DNA of 64,000 nucleotides from Macrostomum lignano (GCA_002269645.1 NIVC01002473.1:1-64000), one strand, 5' to 3'; positions 34,689 to 47,634 are shown, counted from the stretch's first letter. Notes: generated by a model from the sequence alone, not told the origin. Numbers and translations: made by a program.

Positions 34689-34769
34689 ACTCCTGTACAC
34701 CGCCAACCCATAGCCACTCCTGTACACCGCCAACCCATAGCCACTCCTGTACACCCCCAACCCATAGTA
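34689..34769. repeat. 27-bp unit x3 (CACTCCTGTACACCGCCAACCCATAGC)
   Basis: Read directly; no spacers. Confidence 0.85.
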
Positions 34770-37137
34770 CATAACAACATGTAAATACATACATATATGT
34801 ATGATTTACATACATAACAACAACAATACTACACTTAATGATACAATAATTGTAAGGAGGGGAGGGTCACATAAAAACACAACTAGTCGATGCTAGAATA
34901 CATGCTAGCTGCTCGGCTCGGACAGCTACTGCAGCGAATGCGAGAGAGAAGCCAGAGAGGCCGCCAGGGAGGCCGAAAAGAAGCCAGCGTGTGACAATAA
35001 TCAAAGTAGTGAACGGTCAGTGGACTCAAAAGTCGATAAAACTAAATTAACATTCGACACGACGCCGGTCACGACGAAGGCTGCGGCGGGGAAGAACCCA
35101 GCGCCATCGACAACGGCAAGTAAAGGTATGTGTAATATTATAGCAGAAAATAGTTAGAAATATTTGGGCAGTTGTTGAATTGACGATACAGAAGTGTTTC
35201 GCCACTTTGCGGTATTTTTTCATAAAATAGCAGCTTAAAAACATTGTTACAGTATGAGCTTTCTTTCATGATTCATTATATTTTGTTATCAACAGCCCCA
35301 TTCCAGGGGAGCTTATGTCTCGAAGACTGCTGGGTCCTAGGGGGATAAAATATGCATTTTGCGGGGATCAAAATACCTTTTTATTCGCCCCCTGTTTCAT
35401 CTTGGGGCTGTTTTTTTTCGGCTTAGCTGCGATGGAAGCATTTGAAGCTCGGATCTTGGCCACCGATGTCTTGGCCAGCGAAACTGGCGCAATCTCCAGC
35501 CCAGATCCGGCGTCTTATTCTTCGCACGCTTGACAGGCTGCGGTTAGTGGAGAGGCTCTTTGTAAGGGCGAGTCGCCTTAGGCCTCTCAGCGCCTTAGGG
35601 AGATACTTCGTTCCTGCTCGGTTCGGGCAATCATCGGGGAATTATCTATGAAAAAGGGCGACTTACGAAAAGGAAAAGTGATGAAGAGAAGCTTTAAGGA
35701 AAGGATAAATTTCAGTGAGGGCGCTCTAGGGGTATTGAGTAGGCGGTGCAGATAAATGAGAATGGAAGGAGATTTTAGAATGAAGACGAGCCAAATTGAT
35801 AATACTGCTAGATGGCTACTTAAGTCTTTAGCATTTACCATTTTCAGTATATGGATTGTTTTTTTCATAAAGTTTTCTTTTATGAACGCGATATTTTTTG
35901 CACCAGTATAGCAACACTGTAATTTGTAAATTATAGAAAAAGGAAAAAACTTGGTAAATTTTTCACAGTAAACCAGAAACGGAATAAATTCATAAAATAC
36001 CTAAATACCAAGAGACGAAATAGTTATGAATTGTCGTATTTGATTTTGCGTCTATATGTTAAACGTATTTTGTTTTGTTTAAAAAATGGCCTAATGAAGT
36101 TTACTAAACGATTTTCAATTTTATCTTTAGCAGAAGCCGTTGAAGACAGTCCTTCTCTAGATCGGGATTTAGCAGACCTCGGACCAACCACCGCGATGCT
36201 CCTGCAACAGCTGGACATCAAAGAGGCCGCCGCTGCAGCCGCCGCCGCTGCGATGCGCGATAGAGGGCCCAGGAGCGAGAGGCGCTGATTTGAATTTGTG
36301 CGCAAAATCATTTTGTTATTCCGGAGTGAATTTATAACTTCTATTTACGGAAATGCTTTTCTCACATTATTTATTCATCTCATTTCATTTGCGTGTATAA
36401 ATACGTACTATAGCACGCATGCTTTATGCTAATATTTTAATGAAAATAAATTCAAAGTGCAATCCGTACTTTGAAAAAAATTAATCATACTCTTCAGTGC
36501 GTTTTTAAAATAGGACTATCCTTTTCGCGAAAAAAAGAAAAAAAACTTCTGAAACCTACTGCGACTGTATGAAAATATAAGGAAGTTTAAATGAAAAGGG
36601 AATTAAAACTAATATATTCACAGCATATTACTACTAGCATAGTAAGATATTTAGTAGCATTTACCGAGTGCAATAGTTTTTTTATGTTGTCAAGTACCCT
36701 GATACTCCATTCTTTCAATTGAACTCTCAGCCTGACTGTACCCTAAACCAACGGAAAATGGCATATGGTTTTGTATTTTATTGTCGGTAATAACAAGCTA
36801 AACTACAAAGGGCAATGCTTCGAGATAGGTTTATTAATTCCCTACTGTAGATACGAGCTTACACAACACAAGCTTAGGCAAGCTTACACAAGGGCTAAAC
36901 TCCAAAGAAAAAAGTCGGTTTTTCTGGAACCTGTACCCGAGAAGATTGTGGCTAGTTTCCTATGTAAAGAAATTTATGATATTAATTGGTTTACTATTAG
37001 GCTATAAATTATGATTAGTTAAGTCAACAGCACTATTTAAAATGTAGCGCTGGTCATATAGCCACGCACTGGATTGCAGAACTAAGATATCTATTCATTC
37101 CATTAGTTGGGCACGGGTGATTTTCTAGTCAGCAAAG

Positions 37138-37419
37138 ATGTTAATTTCAAAGCTTTGCTATCTGAAAGTCCTGCTAGCGCTTGTAGCCCTGGGACCCATG
37201 ACTGTTGCCGATGCGACTCCAAAGAGCGATGCACCGCGGATCTACATCGACACCTACTGCATGAAGCTGGCTGGCGTCAACTCTCTAGTGTGCGTGGTCA
37301 ACTCGCTGTTCGGCTGTGCGGCATCATCCAGCGGCGACTACAACAAGGTGGCGAACTGCCTGGCTGGCAGGTGCGGAGGATCGGCCGAGCTGATTGTCAG
37401 TTGTCTTAAAAAGCCTTGA
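37138..37419 (+). CDS. Small secreted 6-Cys protein A (93 aa), unknown family
   Basis: Hydrophobic signal (LKVLLALVALGPMTVA); C-x10-C-x7-C-x13-C-x4-C-x9-C-LKK; GC-rich ORF in AT-rich DNA; AATAAA at 37477. Confidence 0.8.
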   Translation: MLISKLCYLKVLLALVALGPMTVADATPKSDAPRIYIDTYCMKLAGVNSLVCVVNSLFGCAASSSGDYNKVANCLAGRCGGSAELIVSCLKKP

Positions 37420-39439
37420 TATTGCAGTTGCGCTTTTCAAATGACTTTCGCAAGATTTTTTTACTAGTTACGATTGAATAAAACAAATCGATACGGTCTC
37501 GAAAGATAAGTGATTGACAAATATTATTCATGTGAGAAGTTCAAGTTTGCAACGCATTAGCAGCAAGTGAAGTTGCCTGGCGACGCCATGCTCACTAATT
37601 CTTAAAGACTTTGCTGAAAAGTAGTTTTTTTCGAATCTTGAACAGGAAACAAGCTTACGAAATGCATTGTCGAGTTGGGTATTTTTTCCGCTAGTGTGAT
37701 CGCTAGATTTTTAAGAGCAAATAAACCAATGTTTAAGTCATTTGCCTGCAGGTTGATGTAACGTTTTTTAAAGCCAATTCTTTCATATTTAACTGATAAT
37801 CAGCCAAACAGGCATCTATCCATTCAGCTGTTTGCACTAAACTAATTAAACAATACTAATATTGCAGCATAAAGTTTCAAGTTGCATAAGACTTTCTGAC
37901 TATAATAGAAAGCTTTAAGCTTAAGAGCAGAAATAAACTGGTATAGACTAGAAGTGGATGCAGCGCTCTCCGAGACAGGTCAGTGAGTTCTCTAAACAGC
38001 TCCGATTGCTATGCTTTTGAACGGGGTGGGTAGGGAGGGTCTGGTTACTTCGGCCAGAAAGATTGTTAAAAACGTGCCCTTTACAAAATAATCAAAATCT
38101 GACAAAGTCAAGCACGTTATCGCTAGAGAACCAAAGTTATTGTTCTGATTCTGTTAAAGTTGGTTAAATCTAGTAGGCTAAACTACTAGTGCAGAGCTCT
38201 ATGATGCAATAACTAATTAATTTAAAGTAGTCTTTTATTCTCCTAGGTAGAAAAGGCGCTTTTGATTTCACTCATCAATCGACATCAATAGAGGCATTCA
38301 TAGTTGGAACAGTGATATTTTTGCAGCAGGAATCATCCTTGTAGAAACTTCGCGCTTGCAGATACTCTCTGTGGCAATCCTCACAATAAAAGAATAGTTA
38401 TAGTGTAGTGTTACTGCCTAAAGTCTAGCAATAAAAATTATGACACTATAGTCTACTTGCACAGATTTTTAGTAAAACGTTTCAGACCAGTCTGAGGTAA
38501 AAATGAGTCTGCAATCGATGACAAAGTACTCAGGATACGTATCATTCAGTCAAAGATGTCGACCAGGCCCTGGACATCTCTGGATGTACGTTTGGGTATG
38601 GTTCACCGAATTGAATGCACTTCTGCTTGGTGATGACATTCATGAAGACCTTAGCCACTCACTTGAGCACTTTATACATACGATGCTGTTCGATTGTAGC
38701 GTTCGTTTCTCTCGTAAATGGTAATGTGTTGAAGGTAACAGGAAGCTATGAGACATGGATATAGTCGTGAAGTTCTGCGGGCAAAATTGATTGCAGTTAT
38801 GAAAAACTGAATCCCTAAAAGGTAAATTATTTAAACACACCGACGTCAATGTGCTCAAGTTATCAAGTACTTGCACTCTATAGTTTCAACAAAACAGCAT
38901 CATTAGCCGTTACTTGATGCTTGAAATAGGGAAATTTGGAAATCGTTCGTGTCTGGTTTGCTACATGAAACGAATCGAATCGCCTCGCCTCACATACCAT
39001 TGATTTTTTTTTCAATTTCAATTTAGCAAAATTGAAAATGCTAAAAATTCTTAACCATACAGAAGGCGCGCTCATGACATTCAAATTAAAATAAAATTCT
39101 TTCCACTGACAATTGCATATCACTTAAAAATTCTTTCATAATTAAAATATTCAAGCTACTTAGATTCTAAAAACTTTTTTAGACATCTACTCTTCAGCAA
39201 ATGAAACATTTTAGAATGTTGTGTGCCGCTTGCTCTATCGAGTTTAAGAAAAAATGGAATAGAATAACGAAAATAAAAATTTCAAGCTAGCAAAAATATT
39301 CGAAACATACACGCACTCTCCACTGCTAAAATAGTTTTATTTAAACAGAGACCATCAACTAAAGCTTTGACTGAGTTTATAGTTGCAGATCGGCAACGTT
39401 ATATCTCATCTGAAAGCTACCCATTGGATAAACATTACT

Positions 39440-39772
39440 ATGGCTGAGAGTTTCCGAAATATTCTTAAAGTTTGCGTTCTTATTTTTGCCCTGGTTTCCA
39501 TGGGAACCGCAGCTATCGAGGATGTCGCTGGTTCTGGCGAGCAAAGTGAAATGGATATTAAGTGCTGGAAAACAGCTCGTGTTCTTTCGGAAACCTGTGA
39601 GATCAAGTCAGTGTACGGAGCTTGTATATTCCAATTCGGTGACAATCTGGAAGAAGTGAGTAATTGCATTGCGTCCGGTTGCAAAGTTTCAGACGGCACT
39701 TCACAACTGATTTACGGTTGTCTGAAAAAAATTGATCGAGAAAGTGCAATGAAAATGCTGGACAGCTTGTGA
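39440..39772 (+). CDS. Small secreted 6-Cys protein B (110 aa), paralog of A
   Basis: ATG at 39440; signal ILKVCVLIFALVSMGTA; C-x10-C-x8-C-x13-C-x4-C-x12-C-LKK. Confidence 0.8.
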   Translation: MAESFRNILKVCVLIFALVSMGTAAIEDVAGSGEQSEMDIKCWKTARVLSETCEIKSVYGACIFQFGDNLEEVSNCIASGCKVSDGTSQLIYGCLKKIDRESAMKMLDSL

Positions 39773-41259
39773 AAGAAATGATCGACGAGACAGTTTTTAA
39801 ATGAATTCTATTTTTTAAAATCTTCGATCAAAGTGCTTAAAAACTAGTTAGCACCTTCTGCAATACGTTTGCAATTCATTCGTGAATTCAAATTATTGTT
39901 CCGATTAAAGACCAAATATACTTTGATGTGATGAGTCTGCAATGTATCCTTAAGCAGTAAAGCACATATTAAGGATTTTAAACAGTGATATTTTTATTCT
40001 TTGGTGCGTGGACTTGGCCTTTGATATCCGAGAAAAAGCAGCTAAAAGCAGACCAGGCAATTCAAAATAACAAAGTGTATTGCTTAGAATTCAAAAAGCT
40101 GCATTGTCCCGCCGGGCCAACAGACTTTTCTCCTGAAGATGATTCTGACTCTTTTCTTGAGCAGCAGGCCGTCATGAACCGAAGCTCAGCAAGATACATC
40201 GATATTTTTTTGTTTTTGTAGTTTAGCTACGGAACTACCTGGAAAAGAAAATCTGGAGAGTAGCTCGATTTGTGCACTGCGAAAAATGCACTGCGGCAGT
40301 TAATTTTCCTCTATTAGAGCTATGCTGCATGCAAGGACTACTTAAGTAGATATATACGTTACTTTAGTCGTCCTTGGCTGCATGATGTCGTGTCGCCAAG
40401 AGAAAAGAGTCCTAGATAAACGCTTGTAGAAAGTGGAAAGTGAGGGTACAAAAATGCGAAGTCATAAAGACAGCAGAGCTGCAAAATCCGCTGCTGTATT
40501 TAGTACTGTAAAATACATGTAGCCGGTTCGGACAGACAGGAAAACTCCAGCTCATCAGAGCGCGCCTGCTGCTAATAATTTGCAATGGAAACACGGGCCA
40601 AGTTTCCCTACCAAAAACTCTTAATGTAGTATGGGTTAGTGTGGACTCTGTTTGAATACCTTTTGGATAGTGTGGACGCTCTAATGATCTGTAGAATCTC
40701 ATATTTGAGTCTAGTAATACAGCTTGGCAATTGCTGATTGATTTGCAAGTTACATATCTTGGACTTTTCCTTTTTAAACACACTAGAATAGGCAAAAATC
40801 GCCTTGAATAGCTCCGAAACCAGTTCGATATAAAGACATGATTCTCTATGGCATCGACAATCGCACGCCATTGACTTTCTCGTAAAATTGTGATTGAATG
40901 CTAATGCAAATTATGTAATTTTAATTCAGCTCATATTTAATTGAAATAACTTGATAATCTTGTAATTTGCGGCCTCTTTGATGCTTTGTCATTGGAGAAT
41001 TCATCATTGGGCGGGGATGAGGTGGGGAACAGTGGAGGGGTGTGGGAAACGAAAAAAATAATGAGCTATGTTAGATTGTGTTAGATTTCCCGCGGGTGCT
41101 CTAATAGATTGCTTGCTTCTTCCTATTAATTTGTATATGCAACTATCTATTAAAAAGAGGGCAGCATCTTAGCATAGCACAGAAGCTCCGAATAGAACGA
41201 CTCTTTTTTGTAGAAGGAAAAAGTGTGAAAGTTATTAGTGCACTTTTAAAAGTTGCTCA

Positions 41260-41704
41260 GCGAAATGTCCGTTCGCATCTGATTCCTGCAAAGAGGAAAT
41301 TCGGCAAAAGAACTGGTGGTAAGAAATGGTGTCTAAGATAGGCTATATTTATTGACAAGTTAATCAAAGAGACTGGTGGTCGAATTTCTGCAAGGGAGCT
41401 CTGCTTGAAAACGGAATTAGAGTTTGATATAATTATAAAGCTATCCATTCGCACAATGAAGAGAATCAGACAAAAGCTCGGTTGGGTTCGAACGTCTACA
41501 CAATACTGCCAAGTTATTAAGAAAAAAAACCAACCAGTGAGGTGTATTTTGAGCCTGATGAAGATGCAGTTAAATGACACCTTCATTGACGTTATATTCA
41601 CTGATGAATGCACAGTTGCTATTTCCCGAAAGACGCATCAAACTGTGTTCCGACGAGTAAACTGCGCTCGACCGAAGGTTCAAGTTCCAAAGCATCCTTT
41701 GCAG
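41260..41704 (+). mobile_element. IS630/Tc1/mariner-like transposase fragment (degenerate)
   Basis: LSIRTMKRIRQKLGW...DVIFTDE...PKHPLQ followed by a GT donor; upstream in-frame TAG at 41339. Confidence 0.6.
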
Positions 41705-41760
41705 GTAGGAACACAATTATATTTTAGTATTCTTTTTTCCTGCTGAAGCATTTTAATCAG

Positions 41761-43216
41761 CTCTGGTGGATCTATACCGCAATGGTCCGACCGGCCGTTA
41801 CTTACGCCGGCCTGGTCTGGACCAGCGCCTTGCAGATTAAAACCTGCCACGAAGCCCTCAAAAAGGAGCAGGGACGTGCGTGCCGCATGATCCTGAATGC
41901 CCCGCTCTCTGCTCCCTTTGACGGCCTCAACGCCTTTCTTTGCCTCGCGCCTCTGGACATCTTTGTCCATCGCGAGGCTGCTAAAACCACCCACCGGCTC
42001 ATCGAGGCTGGCGTTAGCTTCAAGCCACAAGGAGCGATGGCGAAGCGCAAGCTCCTGCCGCACTCTGACCTGTGCCTTAAAGTTCTGGAGGAGAGTGGGA
42101 ATGCGGCTGTCCTTTCGGACGCTGAGCCGCGCTCCCTCAATCTCTACCAACGCTTCAAGGTCACTATCCCCTCTAGGGAGAACGCCAACGACAGCTGGGC
42201 TCCTCAGGAGGTTCACTGCTTTACTACTAACGGATCCTCCAAAGACGGTTTATCCGGCTTTGGAGTCTGCATCCTTATCAACGGCCGCGTGATCGCTACT
42301 CACGCCCAACGCACTGGCAGACTCTCCAGCGTCTTCCAGAACGAAATCCTTGCCATCAGCTCCTGTGCAGCAGAGCTCCACTGCAGGGATTTCAAGGACA
42401 GAAGAATTTTCTTCCACTCTGACAGCCAGGCCGCTTTGCAGGCCCTGTGTCACACCACTACGAACTCCCGAATAGTCCGCGACTGTATCGGGCAGCTCAA
42501 CAAGCTGGCTCGAAGGAACACCGTCCGGCTTACATGGATCCCAGGACACGCCGGCTTCAAAGGTAACGAGCTCGCCGACTTCCTCGCTAAGGCAGGCTGT
42601 TCCGGCTCGCCCCTTGGCCCCGTGACCCTGGCCCCCATCCCCGCCACAGTCATCAATCGTCAGATTAACGACTGGGCGGACATCCTACACTTGCGCAGAT
42701 GGGATGGTATCTCCAACTGCCGCCAATCTCGTGCGGCAGTGCCCAATCCGTCCCTCAAGCTGCGGAGAATCCTTTTGAACCAAAATCGAAAAGATATCCG
42801 CGCTCTCACTATGACCTTCACAGGTCACGGTTGCTTTGCAAGGCATTGTTTCCTCCGAAGTGCCCGCCGGAGCGAACTCTGCCCTTTCTGCAACCTCGAG
42901 AACGAAGACGCCAAGCACTTCGTCTGCTACTGCCCGGCCTTCAACCGAGACCGGCTCAACCACCTCGGGCCCAACCCGTCCCTGGACGACGTTTGCCGGC
43001 CCGAGAACATCCCACGGCTCACCCGGTTCTTCCGGGCCACCGAACGAGCCTCCGTCTTCCCCACCGAAGACAACGCTGCAGACAGGACCGTCAGACCTCC
43101 CTGACCGGCCCCGCGCCCTAGCCTATGCGGGTCTTTCAGGGATTAGCGGAATGGGCGACGCTCGCCTCCCCGCTGCGTCTTCGGACCGCCCTGCAGCTAA
43201 GAAAAGTAAGTCAAAG
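41761..43216 (+). mobile_element. LOA-clade LINE 3' part: RT thumb, RNase H, CCHC-like knuckle and 3' UTR (5'-truncated)
   Basis: WIYTAMVRPAVTYAGLVW, SVFQNEILAI, SDSQAAL, WIPGH...GNELADFLAK, FTGHG, CPFC...HFVCYCP; ORF 41782-43104. Confidence 0.88.
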
Positions 43217-43315
43217 TGACAATTGTAGGTCACACGTGATTGCTTCGCTGTCAAGAGCGAACAAGTGGGGTGAAGCACTAGGAGACGTTCATGTAGCTTG
43301 GGGGAGAGGCAAAAG

Positions 43316-43725
43316 TTCTGACGCCCCTGGTGCCGCTGTCGCCCCTGGTGCCGCTGTCGCCCCTGGTGCCGCTGTCGCCCCTGGTGCCGCTGTCGCCCCT
43401 GGTGCCGCTGTCGCCCCTGGTGCCGCTGTCGCCCCTGGTGCTAAAGCCTCTGGTGCCGCTGGCGTCCCTGGTGCCGCTGGCGCTCCTGGTGATAAACCCT
43501 TGGTGCTAAATCACCTGGTGCTGCTGTCGCCCGTGGTGCCGCTGTCGCCCCTGGTGCCGCTGTCGCCCCTGGTGCTAAAGCATCTGGTGCCGCTGGCGTC
43601 CCTGGTGCCGCTGGCGCCCCTGGTGATAAACCCTTGGTGCTAAATCCCCTGGTGCTAAAGCCTCTGGTGCTAAAGCCTCTGATGCTAAAGCCCTTGGTGC
43701 TATAGCCCTTGTTGCCAAAGCCCTT
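43316..43725. repeat. 18-bp GC-rich tandem repeat (GCCCCTGGTGCCGCTGTC) with 15-bp variants
   Basis: Read directly. Confidence 0.9.
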
Positions 43726-44039
43726 GTTGGACTTTTTGAGAGTCTTTTGTAGCACGAGAAATTTCGGGTGAGCAGTTTTCCGACGGTAGAAGCAAGTGTT
43801 TGGTCCAAGGCTACTGACTGGTTAGTAAAAGAATCATATTTAATCCAATAAAGTCTCAGGGATTTGTCTGCAAGCTTCACTTTTTTTCAAGCTTCACTTC
43901 AAGGGCATTTTCGTCCTTGAGCTCCCCAGAACACTCCAGATCCAGAAAAAAATTGAAGGGGGAGGGACAAGCTATACTACCAAGCACTACAACCCAATAT
44001 TACCTTGCATATAGTCACAAGTCAAGTAATTGTAACAAA

Positions 44040-46270
44040 CGTTCGCCGGTTCTGTGTGTATGCGCCCCCCGCCACCTGTCCTGATGAGGCTAAGGACTTC
44101 TTCGAGCAGCTTTCGGTACAGGTGGAGGCAAACGTTGCAGCGTGACACAGTGATCATCCTCGGAGACCTGAACGCGAACCGCTAACGCTAGCCGCTAATG
44201 AGGTCTTAGCGGTCACCGTTCGTCACTCCAGGTGAGAACGGCAGCAACAGAGCGCTGGAGGATTTTCTAGAGAGGCAGGAAATGGTGTCGGCCAACACCC
44301 GCTTCCGCAAGCCACCGGGCAGACTCGCAACTTTTGTGGGCTGCAAGCGCAAGCATCAGAATGTGCGTGGCCGGAACGCAACAAGAAGGCAGGCACAGCT
44401 CGATCATGTGCTGGTGCGCTTCCGCGAGCGCCGCCGCGCCCTCACGCCGCTGGCTATGCGGTCTGAGCATGGACTCCTCGCGTCGTCTGCGACCTTTGTC
44501 TTCGCGATTCGCTCTACCGTCCGCTGCAGCGGCTACGACCGCGTGCTCAGGAACGCCGACACGCACAGTCGCTTTGATAGCGCTTTCATCACTGCGCTCG
44601 GTGGCAATCGTGGAGGTGCCGAGTACGCGGAGTTGTGTGTGTTTCAGTTCGGGCCGCACCAGAACAAGCAGTCCCGCTGATGCGACCGGCCCAGCGGGGG
44701 CAGCCGGTATGGCAAGACGACCCCGCGATTGGGCAAGCGAGGGAAGTGCTAAAGAAGGGACTTCGTTTAAGCAGGCGGCCAACGCGCGAGGCAGAGGAGG
44801 CCTTGGCGGCTGTCTATCTGCAGCGCCAGCAGGCTGCTGTTGATGACGCCATTCAGGCCGTCTCCAGTGGTTGTTGTGACAGAGGTCGCGTGGCCTGGTC
44901 GGCTTTCAACGCTCTGACGGGGTGAAAGCGGCGCATTCCGCTAAACCCGGCGGGTGACTCTGCCGACGAGCGCAGGAACGAGCTGCGTGAGTTCTTCGCC
45001 GCCATTTTCAACGCGCCGCCCTGATATTCCGTTGCTGGAAGAGGAGATTTTCAGCCTAGCACTAGTCAGCACAGTAGACATTGTGAGGCTCGACCAACAG
45101 TCACCGCGCGGGAAAGCGCTGGGTCCGGATGAGGTGCCCATCGTGGCGCTGGCGCATCCACTGTGTTAGCCAGCGAGGTCGCCAGAGTGATGAACCGAGT
45201 GCTCTTCGGAGAGGAGGCACCCAACGAGAGAACCATCGAGAGAACCCACCGAGGAGGCACATCAACGCAATTTCACAATTTCAGAGAAGCCCGCGCTGCG
45301 AGGCTGTTTAACCGGATGTTGCTATCGCAGTCGCAACCCGTGCTGGATCCGTACCAGCGTCCTGAGCAGAACGGCTTCCGGCCCCATCGCGGCATAATGA
45401 CGCAGATCCTAGCTCTTCGCCGAGTCATCCAGGAGGCGCGGATACGCCACCGATCCTGATCGATTGTTCTCTTCATAAATTTCAAGAAGGCATTCGACTC
45501 GGTCGTCAGGTTTGTGCTCCCATAGGTGCTCCATGCGTACAACGGGCCAGAGCAGCTGATTTCCGCCATCATGTCGATGTACCGTGATACTAAAGCTGCT
45601 GTTTCAACACCGAACGGCCTATCGGACTTCTTTGAGACATCCTCCGGGGTGCTTCAGGGAGATACGCTTGCTCCGTTCCTGTTCGTTCTGGTGCTTGACT
45701 GGGTGCTGCGGACCGCTCTTCCTACACAACGACGACCGCTTTCTGTTGCGGCGACGCGTGGGTCGACGTCAACCGGAGAGACAGCTCAGCGTGCTTGGCT
45801 GGGCCGAGGATTTCGCCCTGCTGACCTGAACTGTTGAGGGCGCCAAGACAACTGTACAATCTATAGTTGATGATGCGGCAAGTGTCGCCTGGTGGTCAAC
45901 ACGCAGAAAACTGTCGTGCTCGTCTCTGATGACATCGGGGCTGTGATTTTGTGCTGGGGCGTTGATGGACAGGTGATGGAGCCCCCGCGTTGTCAGCAGT
46001 TCGTTTACCTTGGCGGTCTGGTTTCCGGCGTCCGCGAAGATTTATGACGTCGTCGCGGGCTGCCTGGGCTGCCTTCGTTCTGAGAGTGCAGTCCTGCCGT
46101 CCGAGGCCCTACCTGGCCACCAGAGGGCGGCGTTGTTCCAGGCAGTTATCTATCGACACCGTCTTGCTGTACAAACGCCGAGATCGCCTGGGCGCTGACG
46201 ATGTTGTTGTTGTTTCACGCTGCATGGCCTGCTGCGCGCCGCCTTCAAAATCGTCTACGAGTGAGTGACC
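44040..46270 (+). mobile_element. Decayed RTE-clade non-LTR retrotransposon (APE plus RT)
   Basis: VYAP, ILGDLNA, NTRFRKP, QLDHVLVR, EQNGFRP, FINFKKAFDSV, GVLQGDTLAPFLF and FVYLG occur across several frames with stops. Confidence 0.88.
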
Positions 46271-47634
46271 TGTAGTGACCTTCGCGAAAGTTCGATGCAT
46301 TTGAATTATTTAATTTCTAGAAATTTTCCCGTAGAGTACAAATTAAATTCTCGAAATTTCTTCTCACAGTAACTAATTCTAATACTCGCATTTATAAATA
46401 TTCAATGCATAATTTATTACAGTAAGGCAGTACTACAATTAATGCAAATCTAATAGGAATCAATAATTAATATTTGTTTTGTTATAATGCTTAGAATTTT
46501 CTAGAAGTTTCTGGCGATGCTCCTGATGGCTATAAATATACGGTGCCCACAGCGGATAATCTTTACTTCCTTACTTCTTCTCCATACTTCTTACTTTTAA
46601 TTAAATAAAATAAGAACCACCGCCTATCTCTTTCCCTTTTCTTTTATTTACTTTAAATCCTTACAGACCAACGCGGCTTTGTATCATCGCGCCGGCCTGG
46701 TCCGTCCAAGCGAGCTGTTGCGCCGTCAGCGACTCCAGCTGGCAGGCCACATCGTCAGCGCATACAGAATCGTACTGCCCAGAGAGGCGCGCAGGAGGTG
46801 CTGCTGCTAACGCTGCAGGCACCCTGCCGGCGGGGGCAGGCGCGCACGGGCTGACTGACACCGGCGTCTCGGATTCGGCCGGCGGCGTGGCGTTCATTCG
46901 CGACTTGGCCTTGAAGCACGCCCTGTGACGCAACTGTATTCTGAAAATTGTTGTTGTTGTGCCTGCAGCAGCACCTCCTGCACCAGATGTGGGCAGTACG
47001 ACTCGACGCGAATGATGATGTGGCCTTGGTAAACGCACTCGCGTTTCGTGGACTGTCTGCTGGCTGACGCCGGCGCCCTGGATTCGGCCGGCGGCTTACG
47101 TAGCGTTTCATTCGCGACCTGCTGACCCTGAGGCGCGCCAGCTGTGACGCTGAACGCGTATCCTGTTGTTCTGTATTTAGTTACAGGCCAAAACAGTATG
47201 GCCCAATTTTTTGGCATCGGCTGAGGGGGGGCATAGCTTCTTTGAACGTGTGAAGTGGTTCATGGACAATGCCGTGAATGTTTAGGTTTCTTTCCGATTT
47301 TTAAAGATATCACTTTTTAGAACGATTTAATCAAATGAGTCTATGGTTTTCAGGTTCTGGTGGTTACATAGCTGTTTCAAGAAGCAATTAATATTATAAT
47401 ATTTACTTTTCCGTCATTTAAATTTTCTTTAAACTGTCTAAAGTCCAAAAATTTATAAATACTAATGTCATTTTTCGTTCAAATTGATTCAACAAAATAG
47501 TATTATATTATTTTGCGCCGCCTTTTCTGCCTCCAATTTTTCTTTAGATACAGTTTTATCATGTAGCTAGCACAATCTAGATTCAGTTTATTGTGTTCAT
47601 AATAGTCCATATATAAGTTTTAATCTTCAGAACA

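Noticed and set aside
13065-34769. CRISPR-like regular repeats (29-bp array at 13065, 27-bp x3 at 34689 and others)
   Set aside because: Head-to-tail units with no unique spacers, no cas genes, and a eukaryotic context.
36120-36288. GC-rich terminal-exon-like segment (AEAVEDSP...poly-Ala...RSERR)
   Set aside because: Has an acceptor and a stop, but I found no supported upstream exon or homology.
38640-38876. Possible LINE RT C-terminal remnant
   Set aside because: Similarity is too faint to support.
44081-44100. CTGATGAG hammerhead-like core
   Set aside because: No downstream GAAA or stems; it lies in RTE endonuclease coding sequence (CPDEAKDF).
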